A stretch of DNA of 63,325 bases, the filler included, from Octopus bimaculoides (taxonomy: Eukaryota): NCBI RefSeq assembly GCF_001194135.2. It is 5 parts of 4 records of this genome, joined end to end, with 100 filler letters (N's around TTAATTAATTAA, not from the genome) between each part and the next. Parts side by side here need not be neighbours in the genome. Positions count along the whole stretch, not along the records: positions 21,596 to 52,196 come from NC_068990.1; 4 more parts are not named here. One strand, given 5' to 3'. Shown here piece after piece: positions 24,801-38,041 of this stretch. Both the position numbers and the translations under genes were made by a program. Positions within the stretch are counted from its first letter, which is position 1. Every line of letters begins with the position of its first letter. Below the pieces are notes generated by a model. The model was given only the letters and a program-made list of their open reading frames with translations. It did not search any database and had not been told where the DNA came from.

Positions 24801-25913
24801 CAGAATTTCCCTTACCAAGTTATTTGCATTGTTTACTATCTTCTGCATCCATGTATTTCTGTATACATATATAACCAGACGTAGAAGGAATGTCAAATTT
24901 GTCGCCATAACTACAGGTTTCTGCCTGCCCCAACCAAATTTCAATTGCCATACATTTCACAAAAAATGGATATATTTTAATATAATTTTCCACGAATATA
25001 TGTTATATCATGTCGACGTCGAATATATAACATTTTGGGGGTTAAGTATTTTAGGAGGGGAGGAATTTCTGGAAATTCACCGGACTCTACTTCAATTCGT
25101 CTTAACTCTCAAAAGGAATATGTTTTAATGAAATTATCTACAAATATACCTTGGAATATTATTACATTAGATTTACCTCTTTAAAAAGGTTTCTCAATAT
25201 CAACTTCCGGTATGGAGATTAAAACGGCGAAGTCTGTCCCTGTCTAATTCTAATGTTTTCATTTCAAGTTTTGATTCGCTATTTGTATACAACTACGATA
25301 AGTTACTGAAAACAAAAATTACTAAGTTCACAAATTTAAATATTCGATGCAAAATAGTTTTGAACGTGCTTTTTTAATACGATTTTTTAAATTCTATATC
25401 CATCTCATTGATTGTTTGCAATGTTCTCTCTCTCTGTCTCACACACACACACACTCCCGGTTTCATTTCTTTATTACACAAATATCATGTTAAAATTTTG
25501 TAATTCAACATGGGGCATCCAAGCAATATGGGCATTATTTTCCTGGAACTCGCGCACTTCGTTAATTTACGTAAATTTTTTTCATTTATTTTCTTTTTCA
25601 CAACGTGTTCAACTCGACGTATTTGGAGTCTCTCACACACGCACACGTATTTTGGTATGTACATTTGTGTACATTTATGTGTGTGTATCTGTGTGTGTGT
25701 GTGAGTGAGAGAAGAAGTGTGTTATATGGATATATACATATATGTACATACCTAGATATATATGTATATATACATGCATATATGTGTACAGGAATAAAAA
25801 AAACGTAGACAAAATGAGAAATGAGAACATAAAAAACAAAAACATAGAAAACGAACATTTTTCGAACAACGAAAGAAACAAACAGCGAAACGAGACAGCC
25901 AACNNNNNNNNNN

Positions 25914-25982
<69 letters not shown>

Positions 25983-26229
25983 GTGTGTATGTGTGTGTAT
26001 GTGTGTGTGTGTGTGTGTATCAAACTGAAATATAATCCAAGGAAGTTACATCTGGAATCTGAGTCCTAGGTTATAATAGGACGCTCAACGAACTTCCACG
26101 TCTCTTCTACTGGAAACTCCGGTTGTCTGAGAGGCGCTTGCAGAAACCTTCAGTACCATATTACGCTAGAATTTCCTCTCATATTCTGCATAATGGCCCA
26201 AGTATTGCATACACCTCTAGTTTTGGAGT

Positions 26230-26620
26230 CAGTATATTGTAAATATCTTCCCCACAACCAGACCTCATATCTCCTTCCCTCTACACGATCATCCTGTCTT
26301 CTTCCAGGAATTTTTACAATTTTCAACTTCTTTGTTGGTTCTCAAGAAAATGTAAACCATGTTAACGCATCGGAGATTTGTCCTTCTTCTCATTTCATCA
26401 TCATATTTTGGTTGCTGCACCTAACTGATGTACACATCTCTATCTCTCCTTTCGATTTCCATTTCTGTGGGAATTATTCGAAGCGGTTGTTATATTAACA
26501 CGCAGAGCAAATGCCATTTTGCCCTTCATTCGTAATCTAATATTCTTTTTGGTCTTTCTACATACATTACCAGATACATCCATCTCCAAGATAGATGATA
26601 TTCCTCTGAATAACGTCAGC
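26230..26620 (-). mobile_element. Possible highly decayed RTE ORF2 C-terminal relic
   Basis: Fragments DDEMRRRTNL and GRRQDDRVEGRRYEVW weakly resemble RTE NEEVRRR...VEG.R.RGRP..W. Many stops. Confidence 0.3.
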
Positions 26621-26679
26621 ACAACCAAACGGAATAATTACTCAGTCAGCCGCCTTTTTTTTTTTTTTTTTTTTTTTTT

Positions 26680-26905
26680 GTCTGTGAGTTGGTAGAACCG
26701 TTAAATTCGCTGGACAACATGCTTGGTAGCATTCTTCGGTTTTTTTTGTTTTTACGTTCTGGCTTCATATAACTCCGAGGACAACTTTTCTTTTCATCCA
26801 TTCGGGGTCGTTAAATTAAGTACCAGTCAAGTACAGAAGCTGAAATAGTCGACTACGTCCTCCTAATAATTGCTGGATTCATGCAAAAGCTTGAAACAAT
26901 TATGT
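26680..26905 (+). mobile_element. Old SINE family B copy after a poly(T) run
   Basis: cttttcatccattcggggtcgttaaattaagtaccagtc central domain. Confidence 0.75.
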
Positions 26906-27119
26906 TTTTAATGTTTATTGCCATCAAAGTCTCTGAGTTTGTCATAAATGTAACGACGGACCAAGGCACAACGTGATCGCCAATTGTCCTTGCTGTGTCC
27001 TTCTTTTCCACCAGTACATATGTCGTGACCATATGATGTATCACTCTTCCTTCCGGGGGTGGGGCTTGTGCTGTTAACGCAATGACCCAGCTTCATTCTT
27101 CTGCTAAGACGTTGTTGTT

Positions 27120-27147
27120 ATGCTGGTGTTCCTGTTGCTGCTGCTGT

Positions 27148-27179
<32 letters not shown>

Positions 27180-27268
27180 TTGAGGTTGATAATGATGAGG
27201 GGGTGATGATGATAGTAATGAAGATAATAATCATGATGATGAGAAAGAGGTGTTCGAAAAGGAAGAAA

Positions 27269-27340
<72 letters not shown>

Positions 27341-27380
27341 ATTTTAATGTTGCTGTCTATGGCGATGTAGACGACAACGA

Positions 27381-27425
<45 letters not shown>

Positions 27426-27665
27426 TGGTGATGATGATGATTATTTCATGTATGATGGTGACGATGATGGTGATGTGTTTAAAAAAGTAATAGTAATAAA
27501 TGGACTAAATCGGACAGGTTAGGCAACAGTGCGAATCCTGGTGGAGCGGTGGTTAACACCACTGTTGATTTTCTCACCAGCGATGACAGCGGTGGCGGTG
27601 GCGATGGTGCCTGTTTTATGGTTGTTGTTATTGCTATTGTTGTTGTTGGTGGTGGTGGTAGGTCG
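27120..27665. repeat. Compound (GAT/GAC/GGT/GTT)n array
   Basis: Direct reading. It is the source of the poly-D ORF. Confidence 0.9.
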
Positions 27666-28413
27666 TACTGGTTGCTTCACTGTGTCTTCTACTAAGTAAC
27701 AAATTATGAAGTTCTGCAGTTAAAATTAATGACTGAAAATATCGAACTATTGATGCGAGGTAAAAATAACCTATGAAACACTTCTTACTTTTGTTTGTTG
27801 TTTGACGAGCGTCTAGGGGAAGTAAACACGGCGGAGAACGGGGGGTTATATTTGCCGGGGAAAATGATCTATTACTTTCACAAATTGTTCAGAGATGGAG
27901 GGAGAGACTAAGGCAAAGAAAGAGAGACAGACAGAGAGAAAGAGAGAGGGAAACGGTCAGAGGAAGTGACAGAGACATAGAGTCGTCTGCGAAGAAGGCA
28001 ATGTCGTAAAATGTTTGTAGTCTTAAAACAGAGACTGTATTATATGATCGGTGGTTTGTTCTTACATTATTATTTATAAAGAATATTTCCTCTGCTTGTT
28101 TTGGTACCACAAAACTGTTCAGTGTGTTGTTATGATGTTTTCAATCAGAATTTTCTGTATGGAAGATGAAAAAAAAAAGAGAACTTTTTCAATTGTGATA
28201 ATAAACAGCGTTTACTGTCTATTATTTTCTTTCCCTCTCAATTTTAAATATAAGAATATATTTGCCTGTATTATGATATATGCGTGTATGTTTAATATTT
28301 AGTGGATGTAAACCCACATGCACACACTCACAGAATTACACACACACACACACATAGGTATACATAAAAACATATACTTACCTGTTCATCGATCGATTTT
28401 ATATATATATGTA

Positions 28414-28450
<37 letters not shown>

Positions 28451-28451
28451 C

Positions 28452-28605
28452 ATATGACCGTGTGGTAAGACGTTTGCCTCACAACCACATGGTTCTGGGT
28501 TCCATCCCACTGAGTGGCACCCTGGGGCAAGTTCCTTATACTATAGCCTCAGGCCGATCAAGTCGTCGTGAGCGGATTTGGTAGAAGCTGAAAGACGCTT
28601 GTGGA

Positions 28606-28652
<47 letters not shown>

Positions 28653-28897
28653 NNNNNNNNNNNNNNNNNNNNNNNNNNNNNNNNNNNNNNNNNNNNNNNN
28701 NNNNNNNNNNNNNNNNNNNNNNNNNNNNNNNNNNNNNNNNNNNNNNNNNNNNNNNNNNNNNNNNNNNNNNNNNNNNNNNNNNNNNNNNNNNNNNNNNNNN
28801 NNNNNNNNNNNNNNNNNNNNNNNNNNNNNNNNNNNNNNNNTATATATATATCTTTATGTATGTGTATACATATATATATATGTCTTTATGTATATGT

Positions 28898-28946
<49 letters not shown>

Positions 28947-29147
28947 GAGAGAGATGTGTGTGTGTGAGTGTATGTGCGTTTGTCTTCCACCGCCGCTCGA
29001 CAACCAGTATTGATGCGTTAAGTTCCCTGTAACTTAGCGTTTCGACTAAAGAAACCAATTGAAAAAGTACCAGATCTTAAAAATAATTCTTGAAGGCGGC
29101 GCCCCAACGTGGCCGCAGTCAAATGACGGAAACGAGGAAAATATAAG
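28452..29147 (+). mobile_element. SINE family A spanning an N gap at its internal microsatellite
   Basis: The 5' half (gtggtaag...ggttctgggttccatcccactgagtggcaccctgggg) precedes the gap. The 3' half (taacttagcg...ggccgcagtcaaatgac) follows it. Confidence 0.8.
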
Positions 29148-30074
29148 TGAAATTCATATTGCAAAATAGAGAGCGTTTGAAATTGTATAAAATTTCTATA
29201 ACACATTCGTTTCTGCTTCTCTCCTAGAATGCCATGTTCGTTGAATAGAAATCAGTGAATATGTCCTCGTGAAAGTGCCCTGTATGAAAATACAAATACA
29301 TTTAATGTTAAGTAGTAAATCCTATGCCAATACCTCCTGAAGCCGATTGACATCACTAATACCACGAATGTTTTGGTAAATATGAATAAACATCACTCAT
29401 TCTCACTCCGTCTATTATTATTATAAACGTGTGGTCAGTGCGAGAAATCAATTATATCCTTGCAAATGGCGCTGACAATTTTATTCAGGACGGAACAAAG
29501 GATAATGAATATAAAAAAGAGGGAAAGGGGAAAATTTAACACGGTGTAGTGTAGTCGTAATGTCATGTGATGAAACGATGAATGCAGTGACATGTTTCAC
29601 TTAGATTGGTCAATACAAAAGGAATTAGTCGGCAATTCAATTAGTCAGCTGGTCATATTGGTGTCTGTACATAATAATAACTGACTCAAACAAAGATTGT
29701 ATTTGAAATCACGAATCGTATAGAATAGCAATGAAGAAACCACAAATGTCAAACTATTGGACGATAATGTAAAAGGTAACACAGTTGAAAACCTACACAG
29801 ACTAAGCAGGTCAGTAATTAGTCAGAATAATTCTAGAATAAATAAAATAATGGGGAGCGGGAAAGGTCTAATGTTTAAAGAACGTGACATATTACAAAAC
29901 GAGAGTTTGTTTCAATAATGTAGCTCTGTTCAGAGAAATATTTAACGTTTCATATTCTTTTACGTAGTTAATGGAATCGGTTAGGGAACGCTAAGCTTTC
30001 AGTAATACAAGGTAAGCAACCGAGTCCCAGTAGTATTTTGAAGTACACCAGCATTTGACATGAAAGAGTACAGA

Positions 30075-30384
30075 GTGGACGCGTGGCTTAGTGGTTAGCG
30101 GATTCGGCTCACTATCGTAAGGGCCTGTGTTCAATTACTGGGGGCGCGTTGTGTCTTTGAGAAAAACATTTTATTTCAGGTTACTCCACTTCACTCAGAT
30201 GGCGAAAATGAGTAGTACCTGTAATTCAAATGGCCCGGCCTTGTCACACTCTGTGTCACATTGAATCTCCCTAAGAACTACGTGTCTGTGGAGTTCTCAG
30301 CCACTTGCACGTTAATTTTACAAGCAGGATGTTCCGTTGATCGGATCAACTGGAACGCTCGTTGTCGTAGTTGTTGGAGTGCAT
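30075..30384 (+). mobile_element. tRNA-derived SINE family C, full length
   Basis: Head gcgtggcttagtggttagcggattcggctcactatcgtaagg...gttcaatt, CORE-like ttgagaaaaacattttatttcaggttactccacttcactcag, shared tail. Confidence 0.85.
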
Positions 30385-30768
30385 GTTTAGACAGGGAACA
30401 AACATACACAGAGAGTTAATACGGATGGTTTTTGTCACTGCTTTTATATAAAAAAAATTAATAAATCGATATATTAGACTATGGTAGATATTTGTATCGA
30501 TATTTTCTATACAACTTCACGGCCAAGGGAACGACGGGATAATGCTGTTTTTTGGTTTATTTATTCTTATCAGGGATCGGTTTCCCTACATTTTAAAGCC
30601 ACTATGAACATCTCTTTAAATCAACTACCGTTAATCTTATAACCAAATTGAATAGACTTAGATCAATATAGTAATAGTAATAATAACGATCCATGTTTTA
30701 ATTTTAAATATCTTGATGCAACGCTACGCACGAATAAATGCATTGGAATATGTGTCTCCATCCACAGA

Positions 30769-30832
<64 letters not shown>

Positions 30833-30854
30833 CTATTGTTTTTGCACAGCTTGT

Positions 30855-31200
30855 AACGCTATTGTTCGCGACTTCTCGCAAACGTTGCGCTAGATTGCCA
30901 AAGAAATCACTGGATCTTGGCTCAAAAGAGAACTCATCGAGCCACGTCTTCACCTCCACGGAGTTACTGAACGAAAGGCTTCGCAGCTCTGCCAGCTTTA
31001 GGACAATGGCTGTAAAGGAAGTGAAGCAGGTGTCGAAAAGGCTCATTATTTTATTTCCATGGCACCTCATTGTTATGTGTCTGAAAAGAAGTAAAAGGTA
31101 ATGGAATTTCAAAAACCATAAACGAAAGTTGTAGTGGAAGATTACAGCTACAAAATAGATTCGAAGAAACACTGCAATGAATAAATTCTCCGTGTTAATT
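30855..31200 (-). mobile_element. Mariner deletion derivative (N-terminus fused almost directly to C-terminus)
   Basis: Minus-strand NEPFRHLLHF resembles the mariner N-terminus (NEHFRHLLLF type). SNSVEVKTWLDEFSFEPRSSDFF...EVANNS resembles the mariner C-terminus. A (TAT)n tract lies at 30770-30830. Confidence 0.65.
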
Positions 31201-31264
31201 GAAGGAAACAATTTATCTGCGTAGAAATTCTGCGTAGTTTATATGCCAAAATCGAATAATTTGG

Positions 31265-31566
31265 ATTCTCTCTTTCAATTGTTAGAGCCTTTAGGCTGCG
31301 GCCATACTAGGGCACAATCTTGGAAGGCTTTGGTCGAACAAAATGAGCGCATTACCGTTATTTTCTTTATTCTGTCGATTATTGTCTGTTTATTTGCCGA
31401 CGATCTGCTACGCTACCGGGATGTAATTGCATCAACACCGGTTGGCAGGCAGTATTAGACCCACACCGACCCACACCCAAACACACACATATGAAAACAA
31501 AGACACATACACACTCACAAACAAACACTCATATAAACACATGCACGCACAAACATACATACACAC

Positions 31567-31614
<48 letters not shown>

Positions 31615-31745
31615 CAGGGACTTCCATATAGCTCCTGTCCAAGTATCGGTCGGCGAAGGACTAGAGAAGAAATTTGCCCAAGGTGCTCAGCCATGAGATC
31701 GACCCGAAACGATCTGGCTCTCAGTCGAAATTCTTGACCATACAT
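31265..31745 (-). mobile_element. Old SINE family A
   Basis: ggctgcggccatact..., gcccaaggtgctcagcc...gacccgaaacgatctgg; internal (CA)/(TA) tract. Confidence 0.7.
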
Positions 31746-31814
31746 TCATCCCTTCGACCTATTCCATTATTGCTTGGTGTGTAGAATGCATTTATTTTCA
31801 GGTGTGATGATGGT

Positions 31815-31945
31815 TTCACATTTCTACGCAAAGCCAGCAATTTCGGGGATGGGGTCAGTGCATTACGTCGATCCCCAGTACTCAGGTGGTACTTCTTTTA
31901 TCGATGAAAGGCAAAGTCGACTCGGCGGAATTTAGCCGCGGAAGG
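31815..31945 (-). mobile_element. Partial SINE family B
   Basis: gatgaaaggcaaagtcgactcggcggaattt. Confidence 0.75.
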
Positions 31946-32701
31946 TTCTCCACCTTCCAAACAATAAAGTAATAGTTTGTGATTTAGACAAAAGGGCAAC
32001 AGATATCTGAGGAGCGAATAAGTAGATTGAATTGATCCATTTCATGACTAATACTGTATTTTTTCGACTCGAAAGAATTAAAATTCGAACCCTCAACCTA
32101 AACTTGGGCATATTTTTTAGCACTTTAATCATTTAAAGTCCTGAGAGTCAGGTACGAGAAGCGGAATGATACTTGCAAGGAGAAACAAATATATATAAGG
32201 TTTCAGAAAATATTGCAGCAGAGAGATCTATCCAGAGGCAACTTATACGCTAAATTTACTGACATCATAAATATCAGTTCAGATTTAACCCGCTTTTTCG
32301 TAGATTAAAATAATCTACGATGATAAACGCTCAACAGATTGCTGTGGACCGTTTTCACATATATGTGAATAGAGTTGCGCTGCATGTGACCGTGAATGGA
32401 TTCAGTCATCTGTACGATAATTCGTAAAACTGTATTCAAATAGATAATGGTTGTGTACAGGTATTAGCATATGTTTAAGAGCATGAGGAAGGGAAAAGAG
32501 AGAGAGAGAATAGTTATAACGACATAAAAGGATAACGAGAGAAACATTGATTGATGTTTAGAACGAGAGTGATAAGGAGAAATACAATGTAAGAGACAGA
32601 GATGGTGGACAAAGGAAGACACACGACTGAAAATGTAGAACAAGAGCATGAGACGCACACACACACACACACAGAAACACACACACACACACACATACAC
32701 A

Positions 32702-32733
<32 letters not shown>

Positions 32734-33844
32734 TACACACACACACACACACATATATATNNNNNNNNNNNNNNNNNNNNNNNNNNNNNNNNNNNNNNNN
32801 NNNNNNNNNNNNNNNNNNNNNNNNNNNNNNNNNNNNNNNNNNNNNNNNNNNNNNNNNNNNNNNNNNNNNNNNNNNNNNNNNNNTAGAAGTATGAAAGGTA
32901 AAGTATGAATTCGAAGAGAATGAGTGGCTTATGCAAAGGATATTGAAGGAAAAACGTAACTGACGAAGGATGGTTGCAACCGAAACAGGAAGTGAAATAT
33001 GAAACATTGAATATTTTAAACTAAATAATATGAAAGCCATTTATTTTATTTTCTGTTTGGATTTAAAAAAATTTGAAAAATAATATTTGTTTATTATCTG
33101 GAACAATTTATTTTGAAAAGCAATAAATAAAAAATAAGTTGAACGAGGTTAAAGGTTAATGAGCATGGTTTTGATTGATTAGATTTCAGTAAAAGGAAAC
33201 CTTTTGAACATTAAGAAGTCATTTTACTTTAGGACTTCCTACTTCATGACGTTGCCTACATCAAGAATCGTTTGAAGAATAGCTCTATTGTGATTCTTAT
33301 CTATGGTTCGCAGGCTTACAACTTAATATTTCAAAATCAATCTATTGTTATGAAAGTGAAATGTTGTTTGGTGTTGTATCGTTGCTATTTTTGTTGTTGT
33401 GTTGTAAAATAATTTTTTTTGTATAGAATGATTTCGTGTATTATTATTTTTTTTTCATTTATTTTATTTTATTTACTCTTTTTCGTTCTGAATTATTTAT
33501 ATGTTTCTTTTCCTTTCAATAAATAAAAGAAAATATTCAACTAGGAAAAAATAATTTACACAAATATATTCAATAGTCTATTATAGACTATTAATATTGT
33601 ACCATTAATAAATTGCGACAATACCACAGCGGTGTTCTTGGAATCCTGAGAGCTGGGAAATTTCTGGCAGCCATCTCTGAGATTCCATAACTGAGTTCAA
33701 AATCTATGGCGAGAGAATTTGCCATTTATCGTTCACAACAATTATCTTTAATAGCAATTTAATAACGAAAGTAAATGCAAAATCATGTAAGCAACTCTTA
33801 AAAGGGCTAAGTGGTTAGTGGTGGTTATAATTCATGAAATAGTT

Positions 33845-34600
33845 AGATACAAGAAGGCGCAGGAAGCAGTATCAAGTAAATCGGGAGAGTGGGTTTGCAG
33901 GGCCATGCCACATTTGGTCACAATCTCTCATAAACTCAAGGCGGAGTGTGCAGGCGCATCCACTTTGTAAAACTACGACTCTACTTTGCCACACGTCAGG
34001 GCGTTTTCGTCTCACCGCGTCTCGGAAACGCTTCAAAATTGTCAAACAAAATGTCTGATTAACAGATTGACCAGGAGGAACAAATTCTGTGTCGAAAATT
34101 CCTTTCGCAACAATAAAACCAATCAGCATTGTCTTGGTATTGGACTTCGCTTGAACTAATTTTGGTGGGCCTGCTGACATTGAATGCTTCCATTGACTGG
34201 ATTGTTGCTTCGTTTCCGGGTCCTAGCCGTAGTACCAGCTTTTGTCACCAGTCATGATTTTCGAGGAAAGTTTCGCATCAACTTCCAACTGTTCTTTCAG
34301 CTCATAACACGCATTCAGTCGTGACTGCTTTTGATCTTCCGTGATCAAGCGAGGCACACATTTTGTTGCATCTCTTTTCATTCGTAATTCCTCGCTCAAA
34401 ATTCGTTGGCAGGATCTCCAAGACGCACCAAATATATTAACAAGTTCATCAATTGTTCGGTGACGGTTCTCCAAGATCAGTTCATGAATTTTCGTGATAT
34501 TTTCATTCGTTCGGGAGGTTGATGGTTGCCATGAACGAGGTTGGTCTTCAAGCGACAAGTGACCATTCCTTGTAAGATCTTTCAAACGCGACAATTGTTT
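33845..34600 (-). pseudogene. Mariner (DD34D) transposase pseudogene, truncated at both ends
   Basis: ORF pieces EDQPRS..PSTSRTNENI, CVPRLITEDQKQSR (WVPHEL-like), MTGDKSW (TGDETW-like), KTMLIGF..KGIFDTEFVPPGQSVNQ, RRKRP, and frameshifted HSPDL (YSPDL-like). Confidence 0.92.
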
Positions 34601-36257
34601 CGGTCACCAGCAAGCTCTTCCTTCGTTTGAGCCATCGCAAAAATCGATGAACAGGCGGAAGCACCGCAAAATAAAGACGCACCACTTGGCAGTAAAACTT
34701 CAAGCAATAAGATAGAGTTCTATCAAAAATTCCCTGGAATACACTAAGTCATGTCCCAAACATTAGAATTTTCTGTTTACTTTACAGCACATTAACTCAT
34801 TTCACTCTTCGCTAATAGAAAGACCTGTTTTCTGCGAGTCGTCTCCGGGTAATGTTTATACATTGATTGTAATATGTATGTTGTGTTACATCTAATCCTT
34901 CTTTGTATCCCTTGTTTCGCTAATAGTACGTCTTCGCTCAATGAATAAATTTCGAATAATACCAAGCACTACTCAAAGACAGTATTAGAATTTATGAGAA
35001 ACCGGGTCCTATTGTTGACAAAACTTAGCATCGTAAAAGGCATCCGTTTAACTTCCAAAAAGTATAAACAGAAATGTTTAAAAAATATATCGCAGTGTAA
35101 GATGATTATCCTACAACGAATGAAATTTATGTTTGCGACTGAATTATGCAACCGAAAACCTGAATAATAAAAGAACTTTCCTTGAAACTCACATTTTCAT
35201 AAACTTATTGAAAAGTTGAAACTGATAAGACTTTTCTGGACAGTGTAGACTTTAATACATACTCCAAACTAATTGATAAGCGTTTTTGATTCTAGTTATG
35301 GTATAGATAACACTTCCAAATACTCCTTCTCAAGGGAACATTAGTCTAGTAAGCTGTGGGCTGGATTTGAAAGAGTAAAACATTTAGCTTATGGTCTCAC
35401 TGGTTAAGGAATATAAGAGAAATTATCAACTGTCATTCCGACTCAATAATCTGAAACTGCGAATACTGCAAATTTCTCTATTATATAACCAAACCGTGAA
35501 TCAATTACTCAGACATTATTTATTGATCACATATATCTATGATAATCCTAATTATTTCATATAATGAGATTCAATTGCCGACATGTTACTGATATTTATG
35601 AGCGTAGAGTGTCTGTTTCAAAACTGCATTACGGGTGATCAGAATTAAGCACGGCCATGGAATTAAACAAATAAACCATCGATAATTAAGCAGTGGTCAG
35701 TCTTCTTAGAGCAATTGACTGCCACTCAACACGAGACATAATTAAAAGAAACTAGATGGAGTCGATGATTTAAAATGAAAGTTACAGCTGCAGACTGAAC
35801 ACCGAATATTCTCTTTATTCAGTATGGTATCTATCCAACAACACATCTATAGACATCTATAGACAGTTCTAACAACTATGTTAGCAATTACAAATGAATG
35901 TACATAAGTACATAACCTGAAAAGCAATAGTCTGTAGTTTGTACTTAGGTCTCTATAATCGAGAAGAATAAAGTGTACAGATTTGCAATTAGATAAGAGA
36001 AAAACGTTACAAAGACGAGATAAGAGATGTAATCAACGCTGTACAGAGACAGACGTAGGCGGACGCAAGGGAAACATTGTCAATGATAATCATAGTGTAT
36101 GTATGTATGTATATACACATATATACACAAGCACATATATGCACACACACACACACATGTATATACATATATATGCATATATGCGTATGTGTGTATATAT
36201 ATGAATGTATGCAAATAAAAATAGACATATATAGACATACATACATACACATAAATT

Positions 36258-36291
<34 letters not shown>

Positions 36292-36739
36292 NNNNNNNNN
36301 NNNNNNNNNNNNNNNNNNNNNNNNNNNNNNNNNNNNNNNNNNNNNNNNNNNNNNNNNNNNNNNNNNNNNNNNNNNNNNNNNNNNNNNNNNNNNNNNNNNN
36401 NNNNNNNNNNNNNNNNNNNNNNNNNNNNNNNNNNNNNNNNNNNNNNNNNNNNNNNNNNNNNNNNNNNNNNNNNNNNNNNNNNNNNNNNNNNNNNNNNNNN
36501 NNNNNNNNNNNNNNNNNNNNNNNNNNNNNNNNNNNNNNNNNNNNNNNNNNNNNNNNNNNNNNNNNNNNNNNNNNNNNNNNNNNNNNNNNNNNNNNNNNNN
36601 NNNNNNNNNNNNNNNNNNNNNNNNNNNNNNNNNNNNNNNNNNTATATATATGTGTGTGTATGTATGTATCACCACGTATCATCTTCCAAGTGAGTCTCAT
36701 GTTAATAATTCTGATGCGCATTCTATACGATATTTTTAC

Positions 36740-37210
36740 TCTTTCGTTTTTCTCTCTTTCTCTCTCTTATTCTTTTACTTCCTCTTCTCCCACTATTCTA
36801 TCCTATTACTCTGTCACTCTCTCTCTCACTCACCCTCCCTTGTTCACGTTGTCCTCACATGGCCATCGGCCATCTTTCTTTCTTCTAACTTGTGTTTCTT
36901 TGTTTCCGTTTTAGATGGAACAAGGAAGAAGTTTCCTTATTTGTCTCCTGTCCAAGCTTGATTTACGCGTTCGCCACCAAAATATCGTTTAGGCTTAGCA
37001 GCCCTTCCTATTTATTTTCCCTGTCCTGTTTGTGTTACAAATTTTGATCCTCTGTAAAATCCCAAATTATATTTGATTTGCTCTGCGGGAATAACTGTTT
37101 TATCGAAAGCGAATATTGTTGTTAAATCCTCGAAATACGAAAGTAGAAAAACAGCCAATAACTGATGAAAGGTCATTCCTTATGTTGTTTGTCTTGTTTT
37201 CCATTTGTGT
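36740..37210 (+). mobile_element. Family X copy with decayed hammerhead module (~37093-37157)
   Basis: Homologous to 240-700 (-). Stem I ctgtttt/aaaacag encloses cctcgaaatacgaaagta. Confidence 0.5.
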
Positions 37211-37455
37211 CCTTCGATGTTCGAAAAATAATTCATATTCCATCTAGTCGCACTTCGCATTTTTTGTTGTACACGTTCATGACGTCCTGTGTCCACATAT
37301 GCATATATATATATATGTATATGTATATACATATATACATATATATATATATATGTGTGTGTGCGTGCGTGTGCGTGTGCGTGTGCGTGTGCGTGTGTGT
37401 GTATGTGTGTGTATGTATGTATAGATGTAAGTATGTACATTTACATATGTATATA

Positions 37456-37489
<34 letters not shown>

Positions 37490-37576
37490 NNNNNNNNNNN
37501 NNNNNNNNNNNNNNNNNNNNNNNNNNNNNNNNNNNNNNNNNNNNNNNNNNNNNNNNNNNNNNNNGTGTGTGTGTGG

Positions 37577-37616
<40 letters not shown>

Positions 37617-37798
37617 CAGTTGGCTAGGGGAAATAACTCAAACCGACTGTGGCAAGAATATGAAACACTGGATACGAGTAAAGGTCTGTTATATGTCTTA
37701 CAGCTTAAATTATTATTCAGTAGGTTTGGTATAGCACATATGTATTACGATTTTACAAGAGAGAGATCAGTGACTTGGAATCTAATGCTACTCACATC

Positions 37799-37851
<53 letters not shown>

Positions 37852-38041
37852 TAGAGTGAGAAAGAGAGATATAGAGAGAGAAAGAGAGAGAGAGAGAGTG
37901 AGATAGAAACATTCCTGTGCGCGTAAGCACAAATAGAAAGAGAGATGTATGCATTTATAGGCATGCTTAAATATTCATAGATACGTACTCATATGTGTGT
38001 ATGTACGCGTATGTACGTGTGTAATCATGTGGAGAAATATT

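Noticed and set aside
33571-33593. 10-bp perfect inverted repeat aatagtctat-t-atagactatt
   Set aside because: It is short and AT-rich, with no associated structure.
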